A stretch of 64,000 nucleotides of DNA from Candidatus Poribacteria bacterium (GCA_965215015.1 OZ244042.1:1408001-1472000), one strand, 5' to 3'; counted from the first letter of the stretch, positions 17,753-27,721 are shown. A program made the numbers and translations. Notes: generated from the letters alone by a model not told the origin.

Positions 17753-19468
17753 ATGAATCCCATTGAATGTATAATGATTGGACTTGCCAGCTTACGTCGT
17801 CATCCACTTCGTTCTGGATTGACTATCTTGGGCATTGCCATCGGTGTCGGTGCGGTGGTGAGCATGGTTTCAGTCGGGGACGGTTCACGTGCACTAGTCT
17901 TGGGCGAAATTGAACGCACCGGTGGCTTGAACATGATAGAGGTATATAAAGACGAGTGGGATCGGCAATCAGGAACACTTAGCAGAAGGGCGGGACGCAC
18001 CCTGAGACGCTGGCGTAAAAACCGTGCAGAAAACTTGGAAACCCAAGACATATACGAGATAATGGAAAAAGCGAGGGGCGTTGTTCATGTAGTCGGTGAA
18101 GATGACTCGCCCGGCTGGAATGTATATCATGAAGGAATCAGTAGGAACTCTAGGGTGATTGCAGGAACAGCAGGTTATGACCGGTCCCACAATTGGTATC
18201 CAATCATGGGACGCTTCTTCACTGAAGAGGAGGTTGAAAGAGCGAGCACAGTCACTGTTATCGGCTATAAACTCTACGACGAAGTCTTCAAAGGTCAAGA
18301 CCCAATTGGCAAGGAGGTGAAGGCGACACGGACAACGAGTTGGGGCCCTCGATATGACGTGCGTTTGACAGTGATCGGTGTGTTGGAAGAAAAAGGCGAT
18401 GCAATGGACACCGAAGGTTGGGATGAACGCTTTGTCATCCCCCTCACAACATTTCAGCAGCGGTTTACCGGACGGAAGATGGTCGAGCGTATCCGCGTGG
18501 AGGCGGCAAGCCTCAATGACGTCGAAATCGCGAAAGAAGAAACGAAACGAATCTTGGGAAGGCTGCACAATAACTCTGGAGAGGAATATCAATACTGGAC
18601 AGCACAGGAGGAACTAGCAACCGCTGAAAAAATCGGGAATACGATGAAATACCTGATGGGTGGGATCGCGCTTATTGCACTCTTTGTAGCAGGAATCGGT
18701 ATCATGAATATCATGCTGGTCTCGGTCACAGAACGAACAAAGGAGATCGGTTTACGCAAGGCACTTGGGGCAAAACGGCGCGACATTTTGACGCAGTTTC
18801 TGATCGAGGCGTTGGTCTTGAGCATAACCGGCGGTATCTTCGGTGCAATCCTCGGTATTTTTCTCGGAAAAGGTAGTGCCATGTTGATTGCCAAATTTGT
18901 GTGGGAGGGTAGCAATTGGCCCTCGGTCATTTCCTATTCCACTATGCTCATCGCCATGGGTGTCTCTGTGAGCATTGGGGTTATCTTTGGGTTGTATCCG
19001 GCCTATAGAGCAGCAATCCTAATGCCGATAGAGGCGTTGAGGGAGGTGCAGGGAGAGGAAACCCTCAAGATTGACGGACAAGAATTTAAGCTTGCGCCGC
19101 TTGCCGGAAGATTTTGGGGACAGTTATTGGACAGCTTGGTTTACGCTGCCATCGTCGCTATTCCTTTCGGTGTATGGACGCGTATCGGATTAGAGGGTCC
19201 CAATATCGTGCTTGGGGTGGCTGCCTCTATTGCGTTACTCTATCTACTTTTTCAAGATGCGCTAAATGGACGAAGCATCGGCAAAAGACTTATGAAAACA
19301 AGGGTCATTGATTCAAAGAGTGGGTTGCCTTGCAAATTGTGGCAATCTTTTATTCGTAACCTATCACTGCCGATACTTAGCCTGATTGATTGTATCTTCA
19401 TCTTAGGAGAGAAAAAGCAACGACTAGGCGACAAACTTTCAAAGACACTCGTGGTTAAGGTTACATAA
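17753..19468 (+). CDS. MacB/FtsX-family permease 4 fused to a C-terminal RDD domain
   Basis: RBS AAGGAG then ATG 17753. The permease ends at PIEALRE and continues into LAPLAGRFWGQLLD..GRSIGKRLMKTRVI..RN..QRLGDKLSKTLVV (RDD signature). Confidence 0.85.
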   Translation: MNPIECIMIGLASLRRHPLRSGLTILGIAIGVGAVVSMVSVGDGSRALVLGEIERTGGLNMIEVYKDEWDRQSGTLSRRAGRTLRRWRKNRAENLETQDIYEIMEKARGVVHVVGEDDSPGWNVYHEGISRNSRVIAGTAGYDRSHNWYPIMGRFFTEEEVERASTVTVIGYKLYDEVFKGQDPIGKEVKATRTTSWGPRYDVRLTVIGVLEEKGDAMDTEGWDERFVIPLTTFQQRFTGRKMVERIRVEAASLNDVEIAKEETKRILGRLHNNSGEEYQYWTAQEELATAEKIGNTMKYLMGGIALIALFVAGIGIMNIMLVSVTERTKEIGLRKALGAKRRDILTQFLIEALVLSITGGIFGAILGIFLGKGSAMLIAKFVWEGSNWPSVISYSTMLIAMGVSVSIGVIFGLYPAYRAAILMPIEALREVQGEETLKIDGQEFKLAPLAGRFWGQLLDSLVYAAIVAIPFGVWTRIGLEGPNIVLGVAASIALLYLLFQDALNGRSIGKRLMKTRVIDSKSGLPCKLWQSFIRNLSLPILSLIDCIFILGEKKQRLGDKLSKTLVVKVT

Positions 19469-19513
19469 AACGTTAAACTAAGTAGCAATGATTAACAAAG
19501 GAGTAGTCAAACA

Positions 19514-21436
19514 GTGAAAAAGATAGTAGGAACTGTTGCGATTTTCATTTTAGCGGCAACCCTCATGTCATGTGGGTGGATTAGAGGGCGCGGGAATAAA
19601 GACGCCGCAGCTGAGAAGCGGGTTGAGGTTGTCAGAAGTGGAGATTTCCAGAAGTTAATTAGCGCGACAGGAAATCTCGAAGCCCTCATTGATGTGGAAG
19701 TCAAAGCAAACGTTGCAGGCGAAATTATTAAACTGTATGTGAATGATGGGGACTACGTTGAAAAGGACCAAATATTGTTGGAGATTGACCCGGAACAGTA
19801 CGTAGAAGAAAAGAAGCAAGCTGAAGCCGATGTCAACGCTGCTAGGGCACAGCTCATGCAGGCCCAACTCAACATTATATTGAAAACTGAAGAACTTGAG
19901 AGCGCATATCAACAAGCGGAAGATAATGTCAAAATTGCCGAATCGAATTTGAAGACAACCGTAGCGGCTTCACAAACACAGATTACTGCGGCTGAGACGG
20001 ACATCCAAACAACGAAAAACCAGTTAGCTCAAGATAACATTGCACTAGAACAGGCGAAGATTGAATTCAACCGGGTAAAAATCAGGCTCGCCGAGCTTGA
20101 GACAGAACTGGAGTCTGGGAAAGTGGAGCGGGATAATGCCGAATCTGAATTGAATCGGAATAAGGAACTGTTTGAGAAGAAACTTGTTTCTAAAAAATCA
20201 TTTGAGGAGGCGGAATCGAGGTATGCCAATGCAGACACACAATACAAGAATGCCGTTAAGAGATTGGAGGCGCAGCAACAAACTGTAAATTCTCAAGAGA
20301 AAACCATCGCTACCAGAGAGACTGCAATCGCAAACCGTAAACTAACCTTGCAATATCAGGAAATGAATTTGCAGGAGCTCGGTAAAATGAGAAAAGCGGA
20401 GGAAGAGGAGAAAAACCTTCAACTGCAAATCGTCAAAACTCGCCTTGCGGAGATTCTGGAAACCATCGACAATGAAAAAATCGTAACCGAGCAAGGCGCG
20501 GTGAGCGCGCAAGCGAATCTCCTGCGACGCCGGAGCAGCCTGAAGAATCAAGAGGAATTTTTGGAATGGACAACCATCAAGGCACCGATGGCTGGCACTG
20601 TGACCCTGCTCGAAATTGAAGAGGGGGAGATTGTAACCTCCGGGCGCTCGGCATTCTCGCAGAGCCCGCCGTTGATGACCATCGCAGACCTGTCAAAAAT
20701 GGTCGTGAAGACCTATATCAACGAAGTCGATATGGAACGGCTTAGGATGAATCAGAAAGCAGAAATCAAAGTTGACGCATATAAGGACACAACGTATGAA
20801 GGTCGCGTCGCCGAAATCTCGCCGAGTGGAGAGGAGCGGGATAATATCATCACTTTTGAGGTTATGGTCGAGGTGGTCGGCTCTCCCCCTGAGCTGCGCC
20901 CCGGTATGAGTGCCGATGTCGATGTCGTTACCTATGAAGAGAAAAACGTCTTGATGCTGCCTATTGATGCAGTCCAAGAGGAGAAAGCGGCAATCGCCAC
21001 AGCGAAAGTTGGTGCTGATGTAGATGCCTTCAAAACGGATCAAGAGGTCGAACTCAAGACTCTAACCGGAAAGAGCTTCATAGGAAAGGTAACCAGCATC
21101 AGCGGAGACCGATTGACAATCAGTCTTGACAGCTCACAGCGAGGCTTGCGTGATGGCGAACGTACCTTCACGCTCCTTGTAAACGGCAAGCAGAAGGCGG
21201 ACGGGGTTTCAACTGACATTAAAATCTCGAAAGATAAGTTTGTCATGCTTGATGCAAAAGGCGGCTCTGAAAAAGGGAACGATGTCTCAAAAGCGCAGAA
21301 GGGAAAGCGTGTTTCTATTGAGACAGGCGAGCAGAACGAAACTGATGTCATTATCAAGAGCGGATTGGTAGAAGGTGATCGGATAGTTTTACCTGAACGG
21401 AAGGGACCTGCAGGAGGTCCAGGTAGACCTTCGTAA
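19514..21436 (+). CDS. Efflux periplasmic adaptor (MacA/HlyD-like membrane fusion protein), probable lipoprotein, with very long coiled coil
   Basis: LMSC lipobox-like; ATGNLEA..VEVKANVAGEIIKLYV..GD.V lipoyl half; TIKAPMAGTV; LRPGMSADV; SGLVEGDRIV. Confidence 0.88.
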   Translation: MKKIVGTVAIFILAATLMSCGWIRGRGNKDAAAEKRVEVVRSGDFQKLISATGNLEALIDVEVKANVAGEIIKLYVNDGDYVEKDQILLEIDPEQYVEEKKQAEADVNAARAQLMQAQLNIILKTEELESAYQQAEDNVKIAESNLKTTVAASQTQITAAETDIQTTKNQLAQDNIALEQAKIEFNRVKIRLAELETELESGKVERDNAESELNRNKELFEKKLVSKKSFEEAESRYANADTQYKNAVKRLEAQQQTVNSQEKTIATRETAIANRKLTLQYQEMNLQELGKMRKAEEEEKNLQLQIVKTRLAEILETIDNEKIVTEQGAVSAQANLLRRRSSLKNQEEFLEWTTIKAPMAGTVTLLEIEEGEIVTSGRSAFSQSPPLMTIADLSKMVVKTYINEVDMERLRMNQKAEIKVDAYKDTTYEGRVAEISPSGEERDNIITFEVMVEVVGSPPELRPGMSADVDVVTYEEKNVLMLPIDAVQEEKAAIATAKVGADVDAFKTDQEVELKTLTGKSFIGKVTSISGDRLTISLDSSQRGLRDGERTFTLLVNGKQKADGVSTDIKISKDKFVMLDAKGGSEKGNDVSKAQKGKRVSIETGEQNETDVIIKSGLVEGDRIVLPERKGPAGGPGRPS

Positions 21437-21454
21437 TCTATCAGTTCAAAATAC

Positions 21455-21485
21455 AAGCGTCTCGGGGAACCGAGGCGCTTTTTTT
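21455..21485 (+). terminator. Rho-independent terminator
   Basis: AAGCGTCTCGG-GGAA-CCGAGGCGCTT followed by a T-run. Confidence 0.85.
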
Positions 21486-21522
21486 ATGCCTGTTGGCACC
21501 TTTCCACACAACCTATTTTTGC

Positions 21523-21551
21523 TTTACAGAGAGCCCCATCCGTGATAAAAT
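21523..21551 (+). promoter_or_regulatory. Sigma70-type promoter for the hxlA operon
   Basis: TTTACA-17bp-TAAAAT with extended -10 TG. Confidence 0.65.
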
Positions 21552-21593
21552 ACTGAAGGGGTGTATACGGATTGAAAAAACGGGCACGATAAT

Positions 21594-22220
21594 ATGAAAT
21601 TGCAACTCGCTTTGGACTCCAGCAATAGCCAGAAAGCCAAACGTATCCTTGAAAAAGTTAGTGATCTCGTGGATATTGTCGAGGTCGGTACACCCTTGCT
21701 GATGAAAGAGGGGGTAAAAGTTGTCACAGAGATCAAGAACGCCTACCCTCAGCTTGAAGTGCTCGCCGATCTCAAAATCATGGATGCAGGTGATATTGAG
21801 GCGAGAATTGGGTTTGAAGCGGGGGCTGATATTGTGACAATACTTGGAGTGGCGCATGATGTTACGATTCGCCGCGCTGTGAATCAAGCCCGTACCCTCA
21901 GTAAGAAGGTCATGATAGATCTGATAGCGGTTGCTGATGTTCGGGGCCGCATCGATCAGATTGATGCCATTGCCCCAGACTACTGCTGCGTCCATACAGC
22001 CTTTGACCTCCAAGACCACGGTATGCACCCCTTGCGCGAAATTCAGCTTGTTCAATCTGGTCTGAAGCGGGCTCAGATGGCGGTGGCGGGCGGGATAAAT
22101 CCGGAGATCTTGCCAAATATTCTCGCTTATAGTCCGGCAGTCATCATTGTGGGCGGTTTCATCACCAACCATCCGGAACCGCGTCAGGCGGCTCTCAAAA
22201 TCAGAGAATTACTGGCTTAA
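21594..22220 (+). CDS. hxlA: 3-hexulose-6-phosphate synthase
   Basis: MKLQLALD, EVGTPLL, ADLKIMDAG, VHTAFD and AVAGGI motifs; adjacent to a PHI gene. Confidence 0.92.
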   Translation: MKLQLALDSSNSQKAKRILEKVSDLVDIVEVGTPLLMKEGVKVVTEIKNAYPQLEVLADLKIMDAGDIEARIGFEAGADIVTILGVAHDVTIRRAVNQARTLSKKVMIDLIAVADVRGRIDQIDAIAPDYCCVHTAFDLQDHGMHPLREIQLVQSGLKRAQMAVAGGINPEILPNILAYSPAVIIVGGFITNHPEPRQAALKIRELLA

Positions 22221-22233
22221 AGAAGGGAAATCG

Positions 22234-22794
22234 GTGAATATACAGGCATATATCAGCCAGATACTTGACGAGCTAGGCGAGACCGTGGGGCATGTCTGCA
22301 ACGATTCGGCGGAAAAATTGGCTGATGCGATCATAGATGCCCAAACGATCTTTGTCGCCGGTGCTGGCAGATCCGGTTTAGCGATGAAGAGTTTTGCCAT
22401 GCGTTTAATGCACCTAGGCTTTGATACTTATGTCGTAGGAGAAGCTGTGACCCCTAGCATCACAGAAAAAGATTTGCTGCTAATCGGTTCTGGTTCGGGG
22501 TCAACCAGTAGCTTGGTGACCAATGCCAACAAAGCGCATGCGATCGGTGCAACTATCTGCCTCGTCACGATCGATGAAAACTCACCTATTGGCAAACTGG
22601 CAGAGGCAATTCTCACTATCCCCGCCCCTTCACCAAAAGTCACCAGAAATCTTGGTTTCCATTCAGTGCAGCCAATGGGATCTCTGTTTGAACAAAGCCT
22701 GCTGCTAATCTTGGATGCAATCGTCCTACTGCTGATGAAGCAAACTGGGAAAACCCCGGAGTTGATGTTTACGAGACACGCCAACTTAGAATAA
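22234..22794 (+). CDS. hxlB: 6-phospho-3-hexuloisomerase
   Basis: GAGRSGL..FAMRLMHLG, SGSGST, QPMGSLFEQ and the HANLE C-terminus; GTG start at 22234. Confidence 0.93.
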   Translation: MNIQAYISQILDELGETVGHVCNDSAEKLADAIIDAQTIFVAGAGRSGLAMKSFAMRLMHLGFDTYVVGEAVTPSITEKDLLLIGSGSGSTSSLVTNANKAHAIGATICLVTIDENSPIGKLAEAILTIPAPSPKVTRNLGFHSVQPMGSLFEQSLLLILDAIVLLLMKQTGKTPELMFTRHANLE

Positions 22795-22808
22795 AAGTAA
22801 GGACACAC

Positions 22809-23741
22809 TTGCCCATCATTATTGACGCACATTCCCACATCTTCCCGGAAGTCCGCGGCGCAACGGGTACAGGTTCTACCCGTGGACTGGGTTATGGCCG
22901 CATTGCCATTGGCGATGAAGAAACCCAACTGTTGCCACCGTATAATGAAACAACCGTATTTACGCCTAAAATGCTTCTGGCAAATATGGATTGGGCAAGT
23001 GTTGACAAAGCCGTGCTGCTCCAAGGGCCGTTTTATGGGGAGTGCAATGCATATGTCCTTGAGGCACTGAACCGCTATCCGGATCGTCTAGTCGGCGCAG
23101 CATATTTCGATCCATGGGGGGCGAACAATCGCCAAGAATTTGAGATCCTCACAGCGTCTCCGGGGTTTCAGGTGGTCAAACTAGAATGCTCTGAAGCGAC
23201 CGGGTTGTGTGGCTTACACCCCGATGCCAAACTTGATATCCCTGAAATCGCTTGGCTCTGGGATGCGCTTGAACGGCATGGATTGGTACTGACCCTCGAT
23301 TTAGGAGCAATAGGCAGCTGTTCTTATCAAACCGGTGCCGTGCACACCATTGCGGACGAACATCCGAATCTGCGAATCGTTATCGCCCATCTGGGACAGC
23401 CAAATCCGTCGGTGGAAGCGGATGTGGAACGTTGGGACTTATGGTTAGAGCAGATTGACCTCGGACAGCTGCCCAACGTGTGGTTTGATACCGCTGCTTT
23501 GCCAGCCTACTTGCCAGATGAGGACTTTCCTTATCCAACCGCGGAGCGGTATCTCCACCTTGCAATTGAACGGATTGGGGCATCGAAAATCTTATGGGGC
23601 ACGGACTTACCGGGATTACTACGCCATCTAAACTATCCACAACTGGTGAAGTTAGCAAAACTGCACACACAGTCGCTTTCCCCCAATGAACAAGCGATGA
23701 TCCTCGGTAAAAATGCGATGCGCGTCTACGGGGTTGATTAA
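22809..23741 (+). CDS. Amidohydrolase_2 family protein
   Basis: IIDAHSH, VIAHLG and ILWGTDLP motifs. Confidence 0.85.
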   Translation: MPIIIDAHSHIFPEVRGATGTGSTRGLGYGRIAIGDEETQLLPPYNETTVFTPKMLLANMDWASVDKAVLLQGPFYGECNAYVLEALNRYPDRLVGAAYFDPWGANNRQEFEILTASPGFQVVKLECSEATGLCGLHPDAKLDIPEIAWLWDALERHGLVLTLDLGAIGSCSYQTGAVHTIADEHPNLRIVIAHLGQPNPSVEADVERWDLWLEQIDLGQLPNVWFDTAALPAYLPDEDFPYPTAERYLHLAIERIGASKILWGTDLPGLLRHLNYPQLVKLAKLHTQSLSPNEQAMILGKNAMRVYGVD

Positions 23742-23782
23742 ATTGGTCAGTAGAGTAGGTTAGACAAGGGAGGACTAAAAAA

Positions 23783-24901
23783 ATGCATAGCGATGCAAGA
23801 ATTTTGGTCGTCGGGTTGGGTGCGATGGGGAGTGCTGCCCTATATCACCTCGCTCGTCAAGGTGCGGCACCGGTTGGCATAGATCAATATCCTGTCGGTC
23901 ATACGCACGGCAGTTCTCATGGCCACTCAAGGGCGTTCCGGGGCTTCTATAATGACGCCGTGTACGTGACCTTGGTGAAAGCTGCCCTTCCGCTGTGGCA
24001 GGAATTAGAGCGGCTTTCTGGCGAACGATTGCTCACCCTCAACGGCATGTTAGCTTTTGCCAAACCGGGGAATGAGCGATTGGATCAAAATATCCGTGTC
24101 ATGCAGGAAACGAAAACATCACACGAGGTATTGACGGCTGAAGAGGTTGCCGCCCGATTTCCAATACTTCAACTCCCGGCGGACACCGTTGCCTGCTACA
24201 CGCCGGACTCAGGCTTCCTTAACGCAAGCCGTTGTGTTTGGACACATGTGTCCCAAGCTGAGCGTTTTGGGGCAACAGTTCACAGTGGGGTTAGCGTTCA
24301 CCATATTGACATTAGCAAAGAACATCCTGAAATTGAAACTTCAGCAGGGAGTTATCGCTGCAAACGACTTATCGTCGCTCCCGGACCGTGGGCTTCGCAG
24401 CTTCTCAAAGATCTCTCACTACCACTTGAGGTGACACGGCAGCAGAAGTTTTACTTCCAACCGCAAAATATGACACCGCTATATCAGCCAGACCGTTTGC
24501 CCGTCTACGCAGATTATGACTTACACTATTACGGCTTTCCCTACTACGGTCCCGGAATTAAGGTGGCGGATGACGGGCATGGACCTGTGACCTCGCCTGA
24601 AACGGTCAATCGGGGGCTAGACCTCGACGTACAGAATGCGTTGGAGCAATGGCTCGAAGCAATTATGCCCGGAGTTAACCCTTCCTTCGTCGAAGGTGCG
24701 ACCTGTATGTATACGCTTACGCCTGATCACGACTTTCTTATTGGGCATCATCCGTTGAATTCAAACATCTTTGTCGGGGCAGGATTCTCAGGACACGGCT
24801 TTAAGTTTTCAACCATCGTCGGCAAGATTCTCGCTGAACTCGCTGTTGATGGCAAAACGGATTATCCAATCAACAAATTCCGACTGAATCGATTCGGATA
24901 G
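23783..24901 (+). CDS. Monomeric sarcosine oxidase / N-methyl-L-tryptophan oxidase family (SolA-like)
   Basis: GLGAMGS FAD motif, HGSSHGHSR, CMYT (covalent-FAD Cys) and GFSGHGFKF. Confidence 0.9.
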   Translation: MHSDARILVVGLGAMGSAALYHLARQGAAPVGIDQYPVGHTHGSSHGHSRAFRGFYNDAVYVTLVKAALPLWQELERLSGERLLTLNGMLAFAKPGNERLDQNIRVMQETKTSHEVLTAEEVAARFPILQLPADTVACYTPDSGFLNASRCVWTHVSQAERFGATVHSGVSVHHIDISKEHPEIETSAGSYRCKRLIVAPGPWASQLLKDLSLPLEVTRQQKFYFQPQNMTPLYQPDRLPVYADYDLHYYGFPYYGPGIKVADDGHGPVTSPETVNRGLDLDVQNALEQWLEAIMPGVNPSFVEGATCMYTLTPDHDFLIGHHPLNSNIFVGAGFSGHGFKFSTIVGKILAELAVDGKTDYPINKFRLNRFG

Positions 24902-25056
24902 ACGGACTAACCTTTGGAAGGGTGGTATCCGCCACCTGGATAGAGAAGGTAAGCATTTTGGCTTCGGAAAAACTCGGAGGCTGTTGCACGATTTCTTAAC
25001 ATGAGCGAACATTTTTTAGGAAAATCCTAACCAACAATCACTGATGAGGAAAACCA

Positions 25057-26118
25057 ATGGCTAAAACCTATCGCACTGGCGTTATTGGCTGCGGCGGAAT
25101 GGGGCGCGCTCATTCGAGTGCTTACACCCAAAATCCAGCGACAGAACTGGTTGCAGTAATGGATGTGAACGCAGAATCGGCGAAACGTCTTTCTGATGAA
25201 TTTTCTATTCCCGCTGTGTATACTGACTATAACCAGATGCTCAAAAAAGAAGTGCTCGATATTGTGAGCATCACGACATGGCAGGGAGTCCGCGCTGAGA
25301 TTACAATTGCTGCGGCAAAAGCCGGAGTCAAAGGCATCCTTGGCGAAAAGCCGATGGCGGCATCCTTGGGTGAAGCCGACGCTATGATTGGGGCGTGTGC
25401 GGAGCACAGTGCCAAGCTAGTCATCGGGCATAACGGACGCTTCAATCCGGCAAACACTGAGATTCGGAGGCTTGTCCAAGACGGTGCCATCGGACAACCA
25501 ACGCTGCTCCATCGGAGGTCAAAGCCGAATGCCGGTTTGCTTAATATCGGCACACACGCCATTGATGGGATGCGATACCATCTGTCGGACCCGGAAACGC
25601 TTTGGGTGATTGGTCAGGTTTCTCGTACTACGAACAGGTGGGAACGGCGCACATTGTGTGAAGATCTATGTATGGGGCTAATCTGCTTTGAAGGGGGCGC
25701 GCGTGGCGTCTATGAAAGCGATTTACCCGAACCCATAGTCCCGGCAGGGCTAGTCTCCGGAACAGATGGGCAAATCAAAATGGGGGAAAACGGAACTGTG
25801 CTGCTCCAGAATAATCAAGCAAGCGGTTGGCAGGAGATTCAACCACGCCGGGAGCCGACCGATCAGTACCAAGAACTGATTGATTGGATGGAAGGAAGAA
25901 TTGCTGAGCATCGAAGCACGGGACGCCAGGCGCGATATACAATGGAAATCATGATGGCAATCTACGAATCGTTACGGATCAAAAATGTAGTCACGATGCC
26001 GCTCGAAACCAGCGAATCACCACTTGATTTAATGCTCGAGGAGGGGGTTTTCCCTACATTGATAGAGGGCCGTTACGATATTCGGGCACCTTTCCCAGAA
26101 CAAGGGAAACGTACATAA
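25057..26118 (+). CDS. Gfo/Idh/MocA family oxidoreductase
   Basis: GVIGCGGMG, EKPMA and GTHAID. Confidence 0.9.
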   Translation: MAKTYRTGVIGCGGMGRAHSSAYTQNPATELVAVMDVNAESAKRLSDEFSIPAVYTDYNQMLKKEVLDIVSITTWQGVRAEITIAAAKAGVKGILGEKPMAASLGEADAMIGACAEHSAKLVIGHNGRFNPANTEIRRLVQDGAIGQPTLLHRRSKPNAGLLNIGTHAIDGMRYHLSDPETLWVIGQVSRTTNRWERRTLCEDLCMGLICFEGGARGVYESDLPEPIVPAGLVSGTDGQIKMGENGTVLLQNNQASGWQEIQPRREPTDQYQELIDWMEGRIAEHRSTGRQARYTMEIMMAIYESLRIKNVVTMPLETSESPLDLMLEEGVFPTLIEGRYDIRAPFPEQGKRT

Positions 26119-26149
26119 ACCATTCGATTTTATACGCTGGAGGGATTCC

Positions 26150-26965
26150 ATGAAACTCACCGAACAACAGATCAATTTTTTCAACACCTTTGGCTACCTA
26201 GCGTTTCCCAGTCTCTTTTCAGCCGACGAGGCTGCTTGGATTACCGAAGAATTTGACCTCTCCATCCAGACCTTCGGTGAGGGTAAAGCACATGATGGTT
26301 CAAAGCGAACCATGTTTGGCGGACCCATTGAACATCGTCCAAGGCTTTGCTCATTGCTAGATGATCCGCGTGTGCTAGGTGTTGCCGGTGGGGTCCTGGG
26401 TGAGGATTTCAACTACGCCAGCGGCGATGGTAATTATTACACCGGCGACACGGGTTGGCACCCGGATGGCAATTGGGGACAGCTCTTTTCCTGTAAAATT
26501 GCATTTTACCTCGATCCATTGACAACCGACACCGGTTGTCTACGAGTTATCCCCGGCAGCCAGTGTCCGGAGCATTTTGTGAGAGCAGGAAAGGTAGATC
26601 CGAACCGATCAGAAGAACTTTTCGGTGTTCCACCACAGGAATTTCCCGGCAGCGTCGCGCTGGAAACGAATCCGGGTGATCTGGTCATCTTTAATCATGA
26701 CACCTATCACGCTTCCTTTGGTGGTGGCGAGCGGCGACGAATGTTCACCATGAACCTGACCCGTCACTGTACAACCGAGCCAGATCTAGAGACCCTGCGC
26801 AAATACTTGAGCATTCACTCCCCCGGTGGCTACAACATCGACACCGGGGCAAGTATGTACTATCCGCCCATACTCGATACCGCCGATGAGAAACGGATAA
26901 TTCATCTTTGGCAATGTGTCGAAATCCACGATGAACTATTTCCACAATACGCTCGGCGGTCCTAA
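26150..26965 (+). CDS. Phytanoyl-CoA dioxygenase (PhyH) family protein
   Basis: FFNTFGYL, WHPD, GCLRVIPGS, PGDLVIF..YHA..RR. Confidence 0.88.
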   Translation: MKLTEQQINFFNTFGYLAFPSLFSADEAAWITEEFDLSIQTFGEGKAHDGSKRTMFGGPIEHRPRLCSLLDDPRVLGVAGGVLGEDFNYASGDGNYYTGDTGWHPDGNWGQLFSCKIAFYLDPLTTDTGCLRVIPGSQCPEHFVRAGKVDPNRSEELFGVPPQEFPGSVALETNPGDLVIFNHDTYHASFGGGERRRMFTMNLTRHCTTEPDLETLRKYLSIHSPGGYNIDTGASMYYPPILDTADEKRIIHLWQCVEIHDELFPQYARRS

Positions 26966-27010
26966 ACCGTTGCGACGTTCAAATCTTCGCACGATTTCTT
27001 GAGGAGCCAA

Positions 27011-27700
27011 ATGAACTTTGAAGATATTAAGCGGCGTCTGAGGGCACTTGATACCGCCTGCGTATGTGACGGCAATAAGGCAAGGAGAGCGGGGGACCCC
27101 ACGGTTAAAGAGTTGAGGGTTATCGATCCCACCATTCGCCCTATCCGAAACGGACTCAAACTTGTCGGGCGGGCACACACGGTAAGCTGCCATGAAGACT
27201 TTCTCACGGTGATCAAAGGGTTGCGGGATGCTGAACCGGGGGAGGTGCTTGTGATTGATACTCAGGGCAGTCGTCGTGCGGTGGCCGGTGAACTGTTTCC
27301 GACAGAAGCAGCACGGAAGGGGTTAGCGGGCATCGTCATAGATGGTCCTTGCCGAGATACTAAAACAATCCGAACTTTAGATGTACCCTACTACGCACGC
27401 TCCTTCAACCCTATAGCGGGCACAACTAATAAGATTTACGAGACTCAAATCCCGATCACCTGCGGCGGTGTTATCGTGAATCCGGGGGATATTATTTTTG
27501 GAGACGATGATGGGCTTATTGTCGGATCGATTGATGAACTGTCGGCAGCAATTCCAGTTGCTGAGGAAATCCAGCGGAAAGAAGATCTGATGCTAAAGCA
27601 GATGGCAGCAGGCGTAAGTCTGTTTGAGATGTTGAATTTCGAGGAACATTACGCAGCGGTGTGTGCCGAAAAAGAAAGCAAGCTAGAATTTACGGTTTAG
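27011..27700 (+). CDS. RraA / HMG-aldolase family protein
   Basis: GRAHTV, PGEVLVID, AGEL, DGPCRD and VNPGDIIFGDDDG; RBS GAGGAG before ATG 27011. Confidence 0.88.
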   Translation: MNFEDIKRRLRALDTACVCDGNKARRAGDPTVKELRVIDPTIRPIRNGLKLVGRAHTVSCHEDFLTVIKGLRDAEPGEVLVIDTQGSRRAVAGELFPTEAARKGLAGIVIDGPCRDTKTIRTLDVPYYARSFNPIAGTTNKIYETQIPITCGGVIVNPGDIIFGDDDGLIVGSIDELSAAIPVAEEIQRKEDLMLKQMAAGVSLFEMLNFEEHYAAVCAEKESKLEFTV

Positions 27701-27721
27701 GGAAAGCTGCCTAATCAGTAG

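Noticed and set aside
13630-18592. Long antisense ORFs (256, 206, 207 aa) opposite the permeases as a hidden ATPase
   Set aside because: No Walker A/B or signature motifs; they are shadow frames of conserved genes.
24960-25020. Repeat CGGAAAAACTCGG..CACGATTTCTTAACATG (parts also near 10805, 26990 and 52390-52430) as a regulator binding site
   Set aside because: It occurs both downstream of convergent genes and within operons, which fits another dispersed repeat remnant better than an operator.
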